From: Azolla caroliniana
Taxonomy: Eukaryota > Plantae > Polypodiophyta
Reading direction: 5' to 3'
Length of the DNA stretch: 64,000 nucleotides
Assembly: GCA_043228905.1 (NCBI GenBank)
Contig: JBHGNT010000015.1
Span: forward strand, 2,480,001 to 2,544,000
A program made the position numbers and the translations under genes. This document shows, piece after piece, positions 12,371-24,785 of this stretch. Under the pieces are notes generated by a model. The model worked only from the letters and a program-made list of their open reading frames with translations. It did not search any database and had not been told where the DNA came from. Within the stretch, counting starts at the first letter, position 1. Each line of letters opens with the position of its first letter.

Positions 12371-15300
12371 AGAGGGCTATCAAGGCGTGGGGCCGCGATA
12401 GTACGGACACTCGGGAAGAACCCCACAAATGTACAGTACGGAAGAAGACCTGTACCATAGGTAGGAAATTTTGGTTCTCCGATAGCGGAGGTTGTACTAT
12501 AACCAGCGTCAGCGGTCGGGAGAGGAAGCGAGCGGAGGAGCGGCTTAGGGGATGTGGAGTCCTCTTCCCCGACGAGGACATCAACGGCGCCATGGAGGCG
12601 GTCTCTTTTGACGACACCTTGGGCGAACTGCGAAAGGTGAGCGGTGAAGACCTTAGGGAAGACCGGACCGTTCCGGTAGGGTCAATGGGAATGTACAAAG
12701 TCATCACAGACTTCGGGGAAAGGATCGGGTCGGATCGGACGGCCTGCGTGGATACGAAATACAAGACTGTGGACCGGAAGGTGAGGCCAGTCGGGGCACC
12801 CTTGCCGAAGGGCAGCGAGGAGCGGATAAAAGGGGTCGCGTCGGACCCAAGTTTACGAAATCCGGCTGGCATAGGGCACCGGTTCACCGACATAACGCTA
12901 CGGGAGCTCAAGGTCGGTGGGGGCGGCTTTCTACTGCTGGCAGAGGAGGACCGGTTCTGGAGAATGCTCGGGGGGCACGAGAAGGCTTTCGCATTCTCAC
13001 CGGAGGAGATCGGTTGCGTAGACCCGACAGTTGTCGAGCCGATGGTGATCTTCACGGTACCGCATGTACCGTGGAATCTCAAGCCGATTCCGGTGCCGAG
13101 AGCTCACATCCCGAAGTTGATGGAGCTCCTGAAGCAAAAGGTGGAGATGGGCGTCCTCGAACCGTCGAGTGCCCCGTATTCGAATCGGTGGTTTACGGTG
13201 CCGAAGAAGAACGGCACGCTGCGCTTCATTCAGGACTTGCAACCAGTCAACAAGGTGACCATCCGTAACGCAGGAATCAGACTGACCATAGACGAGTTCG
13301 CGGAGGCCTTCGCCGGAAGGTCGATTTACTCTGTCGGTGATCTGTACTCGAGGTATGATCAGTTCCAACTAGCTGCGGAGAGCAGAGACATTACGACGAT
13401 GCGGACTCCTCTCGGCCTAGTGCGGATGTGTACCCTACCACAAGGAGGGACGAACTCAGTGGCTCACATGGTGAAGGCGATGAACAAGGTGTTGAGGGAC
13501 TGTATCCCGGACATCACCATGCCATTCTTAGACGACATCCCGATCAGGGGATGCCCGGTGGAGGAAAAGGACGAGGCAATCGGGCCGGATGGATGTCGAA
13601 ATTTCGTGGCGACTCACATCGATGACTGCGAGAAGGTGCTGCAGAGACTAGAAGGCGCGAGGCTCACCTTCTCCGGGGAAAAATCGGCCTTCGGGCAATC
13701 AGAGATCATGGTCGTCGGGCACCTATGCGGACCGTACAGTCGAAAATCGTCTCCAGCCAAGGTGGAAGCCATCTCCGCGATGAAGCATGACTGCAATTCC
13801 GTCACGGAGGTCCGTAGATTCTTGGGAGCGTGCGCATTCTACCACATCAGGATCCCGCACTACGCACATGTCGCGGAACCCCTCTACGAACTATTGAAAA
13901 ATGGGTGTAGCTTTGAGTGGAGGATGGAGCACACGGAGTCGGTACGAAGACTAAAGGAGGCGCTTACGGTAGTGCCGACTCTCTGTAAAGCGGTTTACGG
14001 CAAGGATGTTCCCATCTGCGTGACGGTGGACACCAGCCCGACCGGGATCGGGTGGCTAATCAGTCAGGAGGACAAGGACGGCGTATGATTCCCGATCCGG
14101 TTTGGGGTGAAGGTATTGAGCGAGCGGCAGCGAGGGTACGCCCAAGTTAAGCGCGAGCTTTGGGGTGTCGTTTCGGAAGTCAAGGCCGACAAGGATTATC
14201 TGATCGGGACAGAGGTGATCATCGAGACAGACTGCGTGCTGATACTCAACATGGTTTCTGGATGCGCGACGCCGGACCTAGCCATGCTCCGGTGGATAGC
14301 GTACATTAAGTCCCGGAACCCGGATATACGGCACATCTCCGGAAAGGACAACGCCATGGCCGACATGCTTTCAAGGGCAAGGTTCAATGACGAAGACGGC
14401 ATGGTTTCGGATGACGAAGAAGTCGGCGAGGACTTCTTCGGGTCGGCTAACGTAACGATGAGAAAAGGGAACACTCCGGCGCTTAACGAATTTGACGAAA
14501 GCGGGTACGACGGGGAGTGGCTCCAAATCGGGAGGTTCCTACGGACGATGACGCCAGACGCAGCATGGGCGAGAAAGGAGGCGAGCCGGGTACGGAAGAA
14601 GGCATACCGATTCTTCCTGCGGGACGGGTGCATATGGAGGCACCCAAAGAAGTGAAGCAGCATCCCACTCCGAGTAGTGGCAAAGAAAGAAGAGCAGGGG
14701 AAACTACTAGCGGCATTTCACGAGAGCCCCTGGGCCGGACACCGCGGAACTTGGGCGACGTTCGAGAAGCTAAAGGAGAAGTACTGGTGGTCGGGGCTGT
14801 ACCAGGACGTGCATCGGTTCGTAATGACTTGCGAAAGTTGTCAGATGCACTCCACAGTCCGACACCGGGACGAGCTACACCCGACCTACCCGCCTACGGT
14901 CCATTTCAAGTGGATGGAGGACTTGGTGATGATGCCGATGGGGGTAGGACAGATGTGATACCTGGTGCTTGATGGGAAGACTTAACGAACTAGGTGGAAG
15001 GTCGTGCACTGCAAAGCAAGACAACCGCGGCGGTATGCCGGTTCTTGGTCGAAGAAGTAGTGTGTCAGTACGGGTGCGTCGGGAGGATCGTGGCAGACCG
15101 GGGAGAGCTGGATGTGCGGGAAGCTGAGGAGCTGTTTGACCGGCTAGGCGTCAAACTCTCCCTCACTACGGCGTACAATCTGGAGGCGAACGGAAAGGTA
15201 GAACGTGGGCACGGGCCTATCGTAAAGGCGTTGGTGCGTGCATGCTGAGGGCAGGTCGGGAATTGGCCGCGACTCCTTACGCACTATGGGCGGACTGAAC

Positions 15301-15849
15301 TACACATAGTTTGGTAACAGGGTTTATGCCGGCAGAGCTGATGTACGGATAGAAGCCGATCATGACGGTGGAACGAACGGTTTCTTCATGGGTGGTAGTA
15401 GATTGGAAGGACGAAATGAGTCAGAGGAGTTGCTGGCAGCGCGGATCCGGCAGCTCGAGCGGAGGCCAGAGGACGTGATACATGCGAAGGAAAAGCTGTG
15501 AGTGGTAAGGGAGCGGAACAAGACCCGGTTCAATCGGACGCACCGGTTACGACCAAAGAAGATCGAGGAAGGCGACTGGGTCTTGGTATACTACAACAAC
15601 CTCGACAATCAGCAGAAGGCGGTGCAAAAGTTTGCTAGGAGGTGGTTCGGGCCCTACATGGTGACGAGCGCGAACGACAACGGCACGTACCACCTTGCGG
15701 AACTTGACGGGACATGGTTAGCAGTGCCAGTGGCCGGGAAGCAAATCAAAGCGTTCAAAAAGCGGTTCGAAGACGTGCCGGAGCCTGCGAGCGGGAGCGA
15801 CAACGATGATCAGTTCGGGCCCGGCGGAGAATCGGAGAACAACGACTGA
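12361..15849 (+). pseudogene. gypsy pol (RT-RNase H-integrase), disrupted
   Basis: RT QDLQPVN...LPQG...PFLDDIPI; RH VDTSPTGIG...ETDC; INT HHCC (HESPWAGH...CESCQ), core ADRG, GPY/F motif RWFGPY; no chromodomain. Confidence 0.88.
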
Positions 15850-15918
15850 GGCCGGTTTTCTTCGGTATCTACCCGTCTCTGGCGCATGTCGGTGGATGCG
15901 TGGTTTGGTGGGGGTGGA

Positions 15919-16470
15919 TGTCGTGAAGAAAACCGGCCATAGGCGGAATCAGAGAGAAAAGCGCATGAACCAGCTCTTACATGGATGGACGCGTGACTTG
16001 ATATTTTGTACCCGATTCATAAATGGATCGGTGGGTGAAAATACTAAGAAGCACACATTTATCAAGGGATTGTGCGTATCTCTGTCAGGAGGGACAGGGA
16101 ATAAAGCGAATTGACAAGAGGATGGGGATATAAAAAGGAAGAAGGGGGGGGGGGTTGGAAAAAGAAGAAGAGGAAGTGTTGCTGTAGAACCGAGGGTCGA
16201 GCTCTCTCTCTCCTCGGATCGTCGTTCTCTGCGGGTGTCGGGAGTTCGCTGCCTCTGCTTCGTGGACAACTCGTGTGCTTCCAGCAGAGTCTCTCCCTTT
16301 CCCCTTTTGTTTCTTCGAGTCGTGTGACTGTCGTCGGTGTGCGTGAGTAGGGTCCCCGTGTCGGGTCCATCGCCGCCTTGTCGGTTGTAACCGTCGGAGT
16401 TTGTAATCTCTTGTCATTGTAATTAAGTGTTACGTTCTATATCTCTCCTTCTCGCTTCTACGTGTCTGTG

Positions 16471-16525
<55 letters not shown>

Positions 16526-16587
16526 CCTCGGTCCAAGACCCCCGTGGTCCCGCCCCTTTCTACACGTATTCGCGTAACAACGCGACA
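15919..16587 (+). repeat. 3' LTR of nested gypsy
   Basis: Preceded by G-rich PPT GGTGGGGGTGGA; followed by TSD GCGT. Confidence 0.95.
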
Positions 16588-16591
16588 GCGT

Positions 16592-17307
16592 GTGAGCCGA
16601 CTCAGTATCAGCAACTCATCGGGAGTCTCATCTACCTCACGATCACTCGACCCGATCTCAATTATCTGGTCGGTCTCCTTAGCCAATTCATGCAAACACC
16701 GTGTGATGCTCACTTGGATTGCGCTAAGCGAGTTCTACGATATGTGAGCGACACAATGGATTACGACATCCTCTACAAGATCGCGATGCCAATACGACTT
16801 GAGGGGTACACAGACGCCGATTGGGCTGGCTACAAAGCTAATAGAAGATCAACCTCCAGATTTGTTTTCTCCCTCGACAACGAAGCAATATCCTGGAGCA
16901 GGAAAAAGCAATCAATCGTCGCTCTTTCGAGCATAGAGGCGGAATACAAGGGCGCGGCAGTGGCCGCATGTGAAGCCATATGGCTCAAAAGGATAGTCAA
17001 GGATATGGGCGTACGCATCAAGGATCTGACTTCCCTTTACTGTGACAACATGAGTAGTATCTATCTGGCTCGGAACCCGGTGTTCCACGTGCGGACAAAG
17101 CACATCGAAGTGCACTATCACTTCATCCAAGAGCACGTTCTAGCTGGCGATGTCGACCTACAACACATTAGCACCAATCTTCAAACGACCGACATCTTCA
17201 CTAAAGCCTTAAGAGCCGACAAGCTATGGCAATTCATGACCGATCTCGGATTGACGATCCCTGACCTGCCAAGTTTGAGGGGGAGTGTTGAAGACACTAC
17301 ACAATAA
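16592..17307 (+). pseudogene. copia-2 pol, 3' part (RT end, RNase H)
   Basis: YQQLIGSLIYLTITRPD...YTDADWAG...KHIEVHYHF...DIFTKAL. Confidence 0.88.
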
Positions 17308-17508
17308 CGCGTGGATTCCGCAACCACACAGCAAAGCCGCGAAGAAAGACGCAAGTCGAAGCACAGACTTCGCAACTACGCACAACGCAAGCTGGAGCAC
17401 GGATTCCACAACTCCGCATAAATTCGAGTTGACACGAACTCCGGAATGCAAGTCGAAGCGGATTTCGGATACCGTCTAAAACCGACCCGACTTGAGCTTG
17501 AGGGGGCG

Positions 17509-17811
17509 TGTTGAGAATCAAGCTCAACTTGGTCTAGTGTGTGAACTCACCTTGAGAGTGAATAGACACTCCAACGGTCAAGAGTCACCATTATGTCACC
17601 ACTTTGTATTCTAGTATTTAGTATGAGTCATAGAATCATATTCTATGACACATAACTTATGAGCTTTCACATTCCCCATGCTCCATGAGTCTTGTAGTTA
17701 ATGAAGAGAGAGAGTGACTATATAAAGCACCCTCCTCCCACCTTGTACATGTTGAGTCTTTCTCCTTTGTTAATATACTTTTACCTTGCGTATTCTCTGT
17801 GTCTTATTCCT

Positions 17812-17850
<39 letters not shown>

Positions 17851-17908
17851 CACACACATAACTCATATCTCTTCCGCTTCACAAGAATCCATCTCTTGAT
17901 TCTTTACA
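17509..17908 (+). repeat. 3' LTR of copia-2
   Basis: TGTTGAGAATCAAGCTC... matches 7474 onward; preceded by PPT GAGGGGGCG; ends TTTACA. Confidence 0.88.
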
Positions 17909-18749
17909 CCCCTCCCCTTATATAGTGATCGAAGAACCTAAGTATATCTTACTACATTCAAACATGATGCATTTTCTCTAACGCCAGTGTTCATGCACAC
18001 TGGATGTCTAAGCTTTTTCTATCATACTTTTTTTTTCTTTTTAACTCAAGTGTTAATGCACACTAGATGTACATGAATAACTTTCTTTATCATGTTTTTT
18101 CTTTTAACTCGAGTTATTATGCATGAATAACTTTTCTTTCATGCTTATCTAGAATATTTATGTGGGATGAACTTTTGTATAACTAGAATCTATAATTTTA
18201 ATACTCATAATGTGTTAGTACAAGGTAAGGCTTGGAATTGTTAACATTGAGGTACAAGGTTCAAATCTTACCCTATGCATGGAACATAATTATTTTCGTA
18301 TTCTCTCATATTTCTTTATACTTAGTCAATCAAGTACTCTACACATATTTTACGTAGTGTACAATACACACTACGACAACGTAGACACAGTTTCAGCTCT
18401 AATGGAAGCTTCCATTATTCACTGTTCTCTCTCTCAGAGCCTCGAGATACAAGAAGACTTTTTACAATGTTAGGTTATTGCTTATATATTAAGCCCTAAC
18501 TCTTTAGACGAGTTCACACTAGGATACAAAGCGGAAGGAGTCGGCCTTTTATGCCAACAATACTCATAATATGTATTTTAATTTTTTTAAAAATTATTTT
18601 AGTAACACTTTTATTACTAGTGGGAAACCTCAAAGTGAGGTGAAAACCCACAAAGAATAAAGAGAAATATACAAGTGTTGATTTAAACACTAAAGAGCTT
18701 AGAAGCACTCTAAGTAAAGAGTGTAAATTTGCAACGTGATGTCTCTAAG

Positions 18750-19260
18750 TTGAAGACAATCAAATAGAGATTGCCTGGGGGATTGCTTAAAAAAGCTAAC
18801 TTCATGTGGTTGGTTTCGATCAAAGACCTTATTATCGCGGGCCATTCAAATGGTCCAGCGTGCCCAAATCTTGCCCCTTGGAGAAAATAGACATTGCTGG
18901 ATTGGGCGCACAGAATTTGTCCAAATAGCCAAAAGTGCTTCCCAAACCTTTGGCCAAGAAATCTATGAGAAAGAGCACTTAGTCTCTGTACAAATGTTGT
19001 AGTGAATGAGTAAGTCCATAATAAGTGTGGACTATTTCTGATTGTCCACCACATTGTGCATAATGCAGCGAGGCTATCAATTGCTTTTGAATATTCGACC
19101 CAGTCAGGAGCACACAAATAGACATCTCCATAGGAATACCCGTTGCTTAAGTGGAAGTTTGGAGCTCCATAAGCTTGTAAGCCTATTTTCCCACCAAAAC
19201 TATGTTTTGTGTAGGTGCCATAAAGCATTTCCATTTTCTTGAATCCAAGGGGTAGGTTGC
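18750..19260 (-). mobile_element. Possible decayed LINE ORF2 C-terminal (zf-RVT-like) remnant
   Basis: Fragments such as C....PHLLW and KHFWLFG resemble the C-terminus of plant LINE ORF2; weak. Confidence 0.35.
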
Positions 19261-19405
19261 AACAATGTATTTTAAATAAAAAGTATGTTAAATACATAGA
19301 CCACGTATAGAATACATTAAATACTTGATATATTTGTATTGCCTCTAACACATGTTTTTAATTTTTTTTAGAAACGTTAAATATTTATTAAATACTTAGA
19401 ATATG

Positions 19406-19951
19406 GCGGGGGGTTGGCCGCCTATTGCAATTATGCCAGGTGCAAGGCACAATCAAGTGGGGAAATGTATGTTGGTTATCATGGCAGGCCCCAGTTGACA
19501 AGTACGAGCATTAGGAGGAGGGGATGACTTTGGTGATAAAAGCACAAGAGGTTCTTTTTTCCGCCATCGACAATATCCACTCAACTCCTATTAATGGAAA
19601 ATCTCAAGTTGTGTTGGAATTAGTCATCCCAATAACTCTCTAGATTCTATGGAAACAACGGTGTAGACAGGTTTTCTCCAACCAAACCGTGCATCCAATA
19701 ACGTTATGCAAGAGTATGGAGTGAAGTTGTAGCCACTCTAAAGAGCCAATACGATGGCCTCAAGGGTGGCTCCGATGGAGTTGAAAGACAATGACTAGCC
19801 TTTATCCAACAATGGTCATCCTCTCCCTTTCTTGAGTCCGTAGGTATCCACATAAGATGGAACTATCGTGTCCCTACAGGGATTTGTATATAATACTCTC
19901 ATTTGTAAAAATTTATAACTAATGGAATGAGGTTTTTTGGAAAATAAAATA
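19406..19951 (+). mobile_element. 5'-truncated LINE 3' end with TSD
   Basis: Translates to ILWKQRCRQVFSN...VWSEVVATLKSQYDGLKG...IRWNYRVP; (AAAAT)n tail; flanked by AAATAC(T/G)TAGAATATG at 19390-19405 and 19952-19967. Confidence 0.7.
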
Positions 19952-19958
19952 AAATACG

Positions 19959-20268
19959 TAGAATATGTGTAACATTTTTAAATGGCAATTCTAAAATGTA
20001 GAGTATATGTTAAATACTTAAGAGTATCACAAAACATATTCTCTACATAAACTACACATTTTTTCTACAACTATGGATTGGCTATATTTACAGTATTGTG
20101 GAAACATTAAATATTTGTTAAATACTTAGAATATGTGTAACACTTTTAAATGGAAGTTCTAAAGAATAGAGTATGTGTTAAATACTTAAGAGTATCGTAA
20201 AACATATTCTATACATAAACTACACGGTTTTTCTACAACAATGGATTGGCCATAGTTACGATATTGTA
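19959..20268. repeat. Imperfect tandem duplication, ~168-bp unit
   Basis: TAGAATATGTGTAACA...ATGGATTGGC occurs twice. Confidence 0.8.
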
Positions 20269-21876
20269 ATAAATGACTAAGTCATCATGTTCATTGAAAC
20301 CAAACACACAGAACTTGAAGACATTAATGATGAAAGAGAGTCCTCCTTGCCTTTTGAATTTTTAAGAATGCTTGAATATTTATGGAATGCGAGAGTTTCG
20401 ATTTTCTTGGACAATGGATTAAGATTTAACAAAGCTCGCCCTAATAGAATCAAACATGTTGAGGGATCCCATTGAAAGAAGGATATTACCCTCAACAAAT
20501 CCAAGCATCTACTTGGATCCAATAGAGAATACAAACAAGGATGTGGTTATCAATGTATTGATCAAGAACTTCAAGGAGTTCAAGAACTCGATTTTTAAAC
20601 TATATGAGCTCCCTAGACAACATCCAAACTTGGAAGGTGTTTATGGTCTCATGACAACGAGCACCTAATAAGACATGATTGTGTTGAATTGTAAGATGCA
20701 CTTGACGAGACTTGAATTACTAGGAAAATAACATGATCCATTGTTTGGAGATCTAGAAGTCCTAGTTACAGGTCAATTTAGAAAAGGCAGATGAAAGTTG
20801 ATGGAAGACAGAAAGTCAAGTACAGTGTATGTGATGCAATATGCGGCCTCAATTGGAATTAGAACTAGAAGTGGAAAAAACGAAATTTACAACTAAAAGA
20901 CAAAGTTTTAGTCAACTATACATAAGAAGCAATGGAAAGAAATACTCAACTTGAAGACACAGAAGATTGAGAGGAGGATTTAGACCTAGTTAATGAGAAG
21001 ATAAGATTAACTAAAACATCATGCCAAAATCATAAAGTTTTCATGTGGAGGATAAAATGACATCAAGGTGTAACGGGAGAATAAGTTCCTACTATGGGAG
21101 TTGGTACTCATTTATGTGTGGGTTTGTCCATGATTTAATGGATCCTAGAGATTATTTAGGTGAGCATGTTGTGCACAAGGATTCATTTGGTGAAGGTTGG
21201 AGTTGTGAATTGTATAGTGGGGCCGTCATGGATATAGTGTTGTGGAGAAGATCATGTTGCATGTTTATAAACAAGTGTTGGGCCTCTATCTATGGGTGGT
21301 GAGGAGAATTGATATTGAGAAGAAAAGAAATTATTTATTTGTTTGTTAAATATAGATCTCAAACCTTTGACCTTTAGATTAGAATAAATAGCTTGCCAAT
21401 CATTAAGTAGAAGATAGTAATTATAATTATTATTTTTCTTTCTTATATTTCTTTTTTCTATTCCTTTCTCTTTGTTTATTATCATAAAATCCCCCCCCCC
21501 CCCCCCCCCCTCCTTATATGACCCATATTTAGGAGTTTATGTAGGTCCTAACTATTAGAATGGGTGAACACATGGTGCCAATTGGTGTTCCTATTGTAGG
21601 ATCTCTCTCACATTGGTTTTCCATAAAAAATTATATAGTGAAGCAAATGTTCCACACAAGAGATAGCGTGGTTGGCGTGCCAAAAATGATTGACAAAATC
21701 ATAGGAGTTGTTTATCAATGCAATGGGAGGCATGTCTTTGAGTTCTTTAGAGTTTGCAAACAATTACGACTGCTTTCATTAGATTCATGTGGGGTTACAT
21801 GTCCAAGTACCACATATATTGTATGATTGATAGAAATTTTCTATAGCATTAGAACAAAGTAACAAATCACAATATC

Positions 21877-23740
21877 TGTTATACCCTTCCCTACATTATG
21901 GCCCATGGGGTCTCAAAACAATAAGAAAACACTGTCGGGACACCAATTAGGATGCCAATCATAGTTATATTTCATTATAAACACAAAAGCTTACAACAAT
22001 TCCAATATTGGGATAAACCATGATCCACCACTCATAGTTGGGACAAGTCAAGACAACTCCCCAAAACCACCAAAGGGAGAGAGAAAGATGATAACACACT
22101 CCTTAGAGCCAAGATAAGTATGAGAGAGTGAGATAATGGATCTAAGAAAATGGTAATGTGGGAATGGTTACAAATGAGGAAGAATTCTCCTTATATAGGC
22201 CAATTATGGTCGTTGAGAGGTCCCTTGGGACTCCTAGTTGGGACAAGATTAACCAACCCAAGGTGGTGCCTTCTTTGGGATTGGGATTGTTCCTCTTGGT
22301 GAGTCCCAACTCAGATTGGGATTGTGTCCCGGTTGGGACAACTTAGGGATACCGCATTCATCGGGGTCCCATGGGGCTTGAGTCCCATCAAGTATTCCCA
22401 AGCACTTTCATGGCTTGGGTCTCCACCTCAACCCCTCCAAGTCAATCTCGGTTATCTTCTTGGTAGCTCTTAGAGTAGGTTATTTTGCCTTAGCTTATCG
22501 TGCCTTTGTCAAGCTCATAGTCGTCGATCTCACTTTCTTTTCGTTGCGTTTGGTTCTTGGCTTAGTCACCTCGGGCTCAATCTCTTGGATCATGGTTCCT
22601 CGAGAGGGTCCATCTGGTTTCACCTCTTGATCCTCATCAATCCCTTCGTCTTGCACCTCTTCCTCATTCTCGAGCTCTTGTTTTGGGACACTTCCACCAT
22701 TGCTGGTTGCTTGATCTTCTTGGTTGGTTCTTCCTTTGTTTCCATCTCTATCTTGCGCTCCATCTTGGTCTCGACCTCCATCTTGGTCTCAACTGCGGTT
22801 TCCACTTACATTCTCATCTCCCAGGGGAACCCCTTTCTCGCCAAGGGTCTTCATAATGGGTGGAATCCCAATCATCCATTCGTTTCGCAATCTCAATTGC
22901 CTTCTCCCAAGTTGAGGGCTCCCACTTTTTTACTTCTTTTTGTACCGAGAGCTGCAATCCTTCAAGAAAACCTTCTAACTCGTCACAATCATCAAGATCA
23001 ATCAAATAATTCATTAGATTTTTATATTTATATATATAAAGGTCTAATTTCCCAATAGATTGAGGGAGAACCCTCCATCCTTCCTCCTTGAGGTCTCATC
23101 CCTTGGGATGAATTTCTTCTGCACTTGTCATTCGAAGTTCCCCTAATTCTCGAATGGCCATCTCCGCCTCTCTTGAAGGTACCACTCCTCGGTGTCGTTT
23201 TCAAGAAGTCTTCAAGAAATCCACTCTCTACCACCACCCAATCTTGTTGCCACAATTGACAGCACTCCAAGTGACTCTCCACGTCGATGATCCACGTCTC
23301 AAGCACCAAGGACTCCCTTGTCCTTGAGTACTCTCTTGTTAGCTTCCCTTGTGCAATTTCTCCTCCTCAACCCGCTTCTTGGTTTTCAATTAGGTTTCCG
23401 CGTGTTGCGCCATCACGATCTCCACTTCGTTCTCTCGCTTTCGTGGCTTTGTGACTGAGTCCCGATCATCTCTTTCTCTTTCCTCCAACACTTTCTTCTT
23501 CTTCTTTGTCATCATGTCATTTCCCAAGCCCCTATCTTTCTCTGATACCAAATGTTATGCCCCTAGATTATGGGGTCTCACGACAACAATCATAGTGTTC
23601 ATTATAAACACACAACCTTACAATAGTCCTAATATTGGGACAAACCACAATCCACCACTCGGAGTTGGGACAAGTCAGGACTGAGTCGAGAGAGAAAGAT
23701 GGTCACCAACTCCTTAGAGCCAAGATGAGAATGAGATTGT
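21877..23740 (-). mobile_element. Old, short non-autonomous LTR element with gag remnant
   Basis: Diverged direct repeats starting TGTTAT at 21877 and 23553 (shared TTGGGACAAGTCA.GAC and CTCCTTAGAGCCAAGAT); Met PBS on the minus strand at 23540-23550; gag-like WIIDVESHLECC and PSTWEKAIEIAKRMD. Confidence 0.7.
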
Positions 23741-24785
23741 AACGAAATTGGCTATATATGGGATTCTTATCGAGTATAGGTACAAGATTTGTCAATATTC
23801 TACTAGTGATACCACCGTCCATAGCTTAACTCGAGCAAACTCTTTATAAATAATTTGAGTCCTTGTGGTCCAACCCTTACAATAATCATTGAAGGTCTTA
23901 TCCTATATTTAAAATTCTCCAATCGACAGTTTAACTTGAGTCAATTCCTCATGACCACTCGAATCCTAACAATCAAACACTTTGAAAAACGTTGGATCGA
24001 CTTGATATAATCACCTCGATTACATGTGTATTGTGGTCATTGGGACTCAAATCCTTCTCCTATTGAAAATATATCTCAATAAGAAGAAAAAAAAACCCTT
24101 GTTTTTTTTTTTACTCATACTTCCCAATTAACTACAAAAATGATCTGTTTTGCTCATACTTTCTAATAACTACAAAAATGGCCGCAAAATGTGTTCATAG
24201 ATTCTAATAATTGCAAACGTGGGATTCAGAGAGACAGAGAGAGAAGGAGCCCTTCCATCGCCATAGCCCGAGCCACAGTTTCTGCAATCGCCCATCTTGC
24301 TGCCACTTCAAAGAAGAAGATGTTACACTCTGTGTGGAAACCCTAGAGACCGGTTCATTAGCCTTGCCTGAAGACTCAATCAAGGTTTTCATTGAAAAGA
24401 ACATCGATCGAGCTTCTACAATGCCGATAATTTTTTCTCTTCAAAGGGCAAGGTGAGATCTTTCTGGATTTTTCCACTCTTGTTCATGAAAGGACAGAAA
24501 GAGAAAAAAAAATCTGACCTAGATCGGTCAGATGAGGTGTGTTGAGGGAAAGAGGAAAGAGAGATAGATGGATAGGGTCTGTTTCCCCATTTTATCCATT
24601 TCTCTGCAAAAAGAGAAAATATCTGACTTAATTGTATAGATGAGCTGAGAGAGGAAGGCCTGGACAGAGAGATTACTTTTGCCTTGGATCGGTTGTATGA
24701 GCTGAGAGATAAGAGAGGAGATAGATAGAAAGTGACAGGAGATATATAGGCAGAGGTAGGGCTATATATATTTGTTTTTTTGAGG

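Larger units (their letters stand above)
9556..16587 (+). mobile_element. Full-length Ty3/gypsy element, non-chromovirus (Phygy/Selgy-like by inference), nested in copia-2 RT
   Basis: LTRs at 9556-10212 and 15919-16587 (TGTCGTG...CGCGACA); TSD GCGT; removing the element restores the copia frame NSGTKACEPTQYQQLIG; order gag-PR-RT-RH-INT. Confidence 0.95.
7474..17908 (+). mobile_element. Ty1/copia element (copia-2), internally deleted, interrupted by a gypsy
   Basis: LTRs at 7474-~7830 (3'-truncated) and 17509-17908; flanks CCCCC and CCCCT (TSD with one mismatch). PR WFVDSGASNHMT, RT QMDIKNAFL/LYVDD (8754-9555), RH YTDADWAG (16592-17290). PBS, gag and integrase core are missing. Confidence 0.9.

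Noticed and set aside
12342-13082. 246-aa antisense ORF in gypsy pol
   Set aside because: Shadow frame of GC-rich coding sequence; no motif.
18212-18280. tRNA-like A/B boxes (also ~6925-6980)
   Set aside because: A GGTTCAAAT-type B box is present but no cloverleaf can be formed; at most SINE relics.
18710-19351. 213-aa ORF as a host gene
   Set aside because: No coherent domain or splice structure; better explained as LINE debris.
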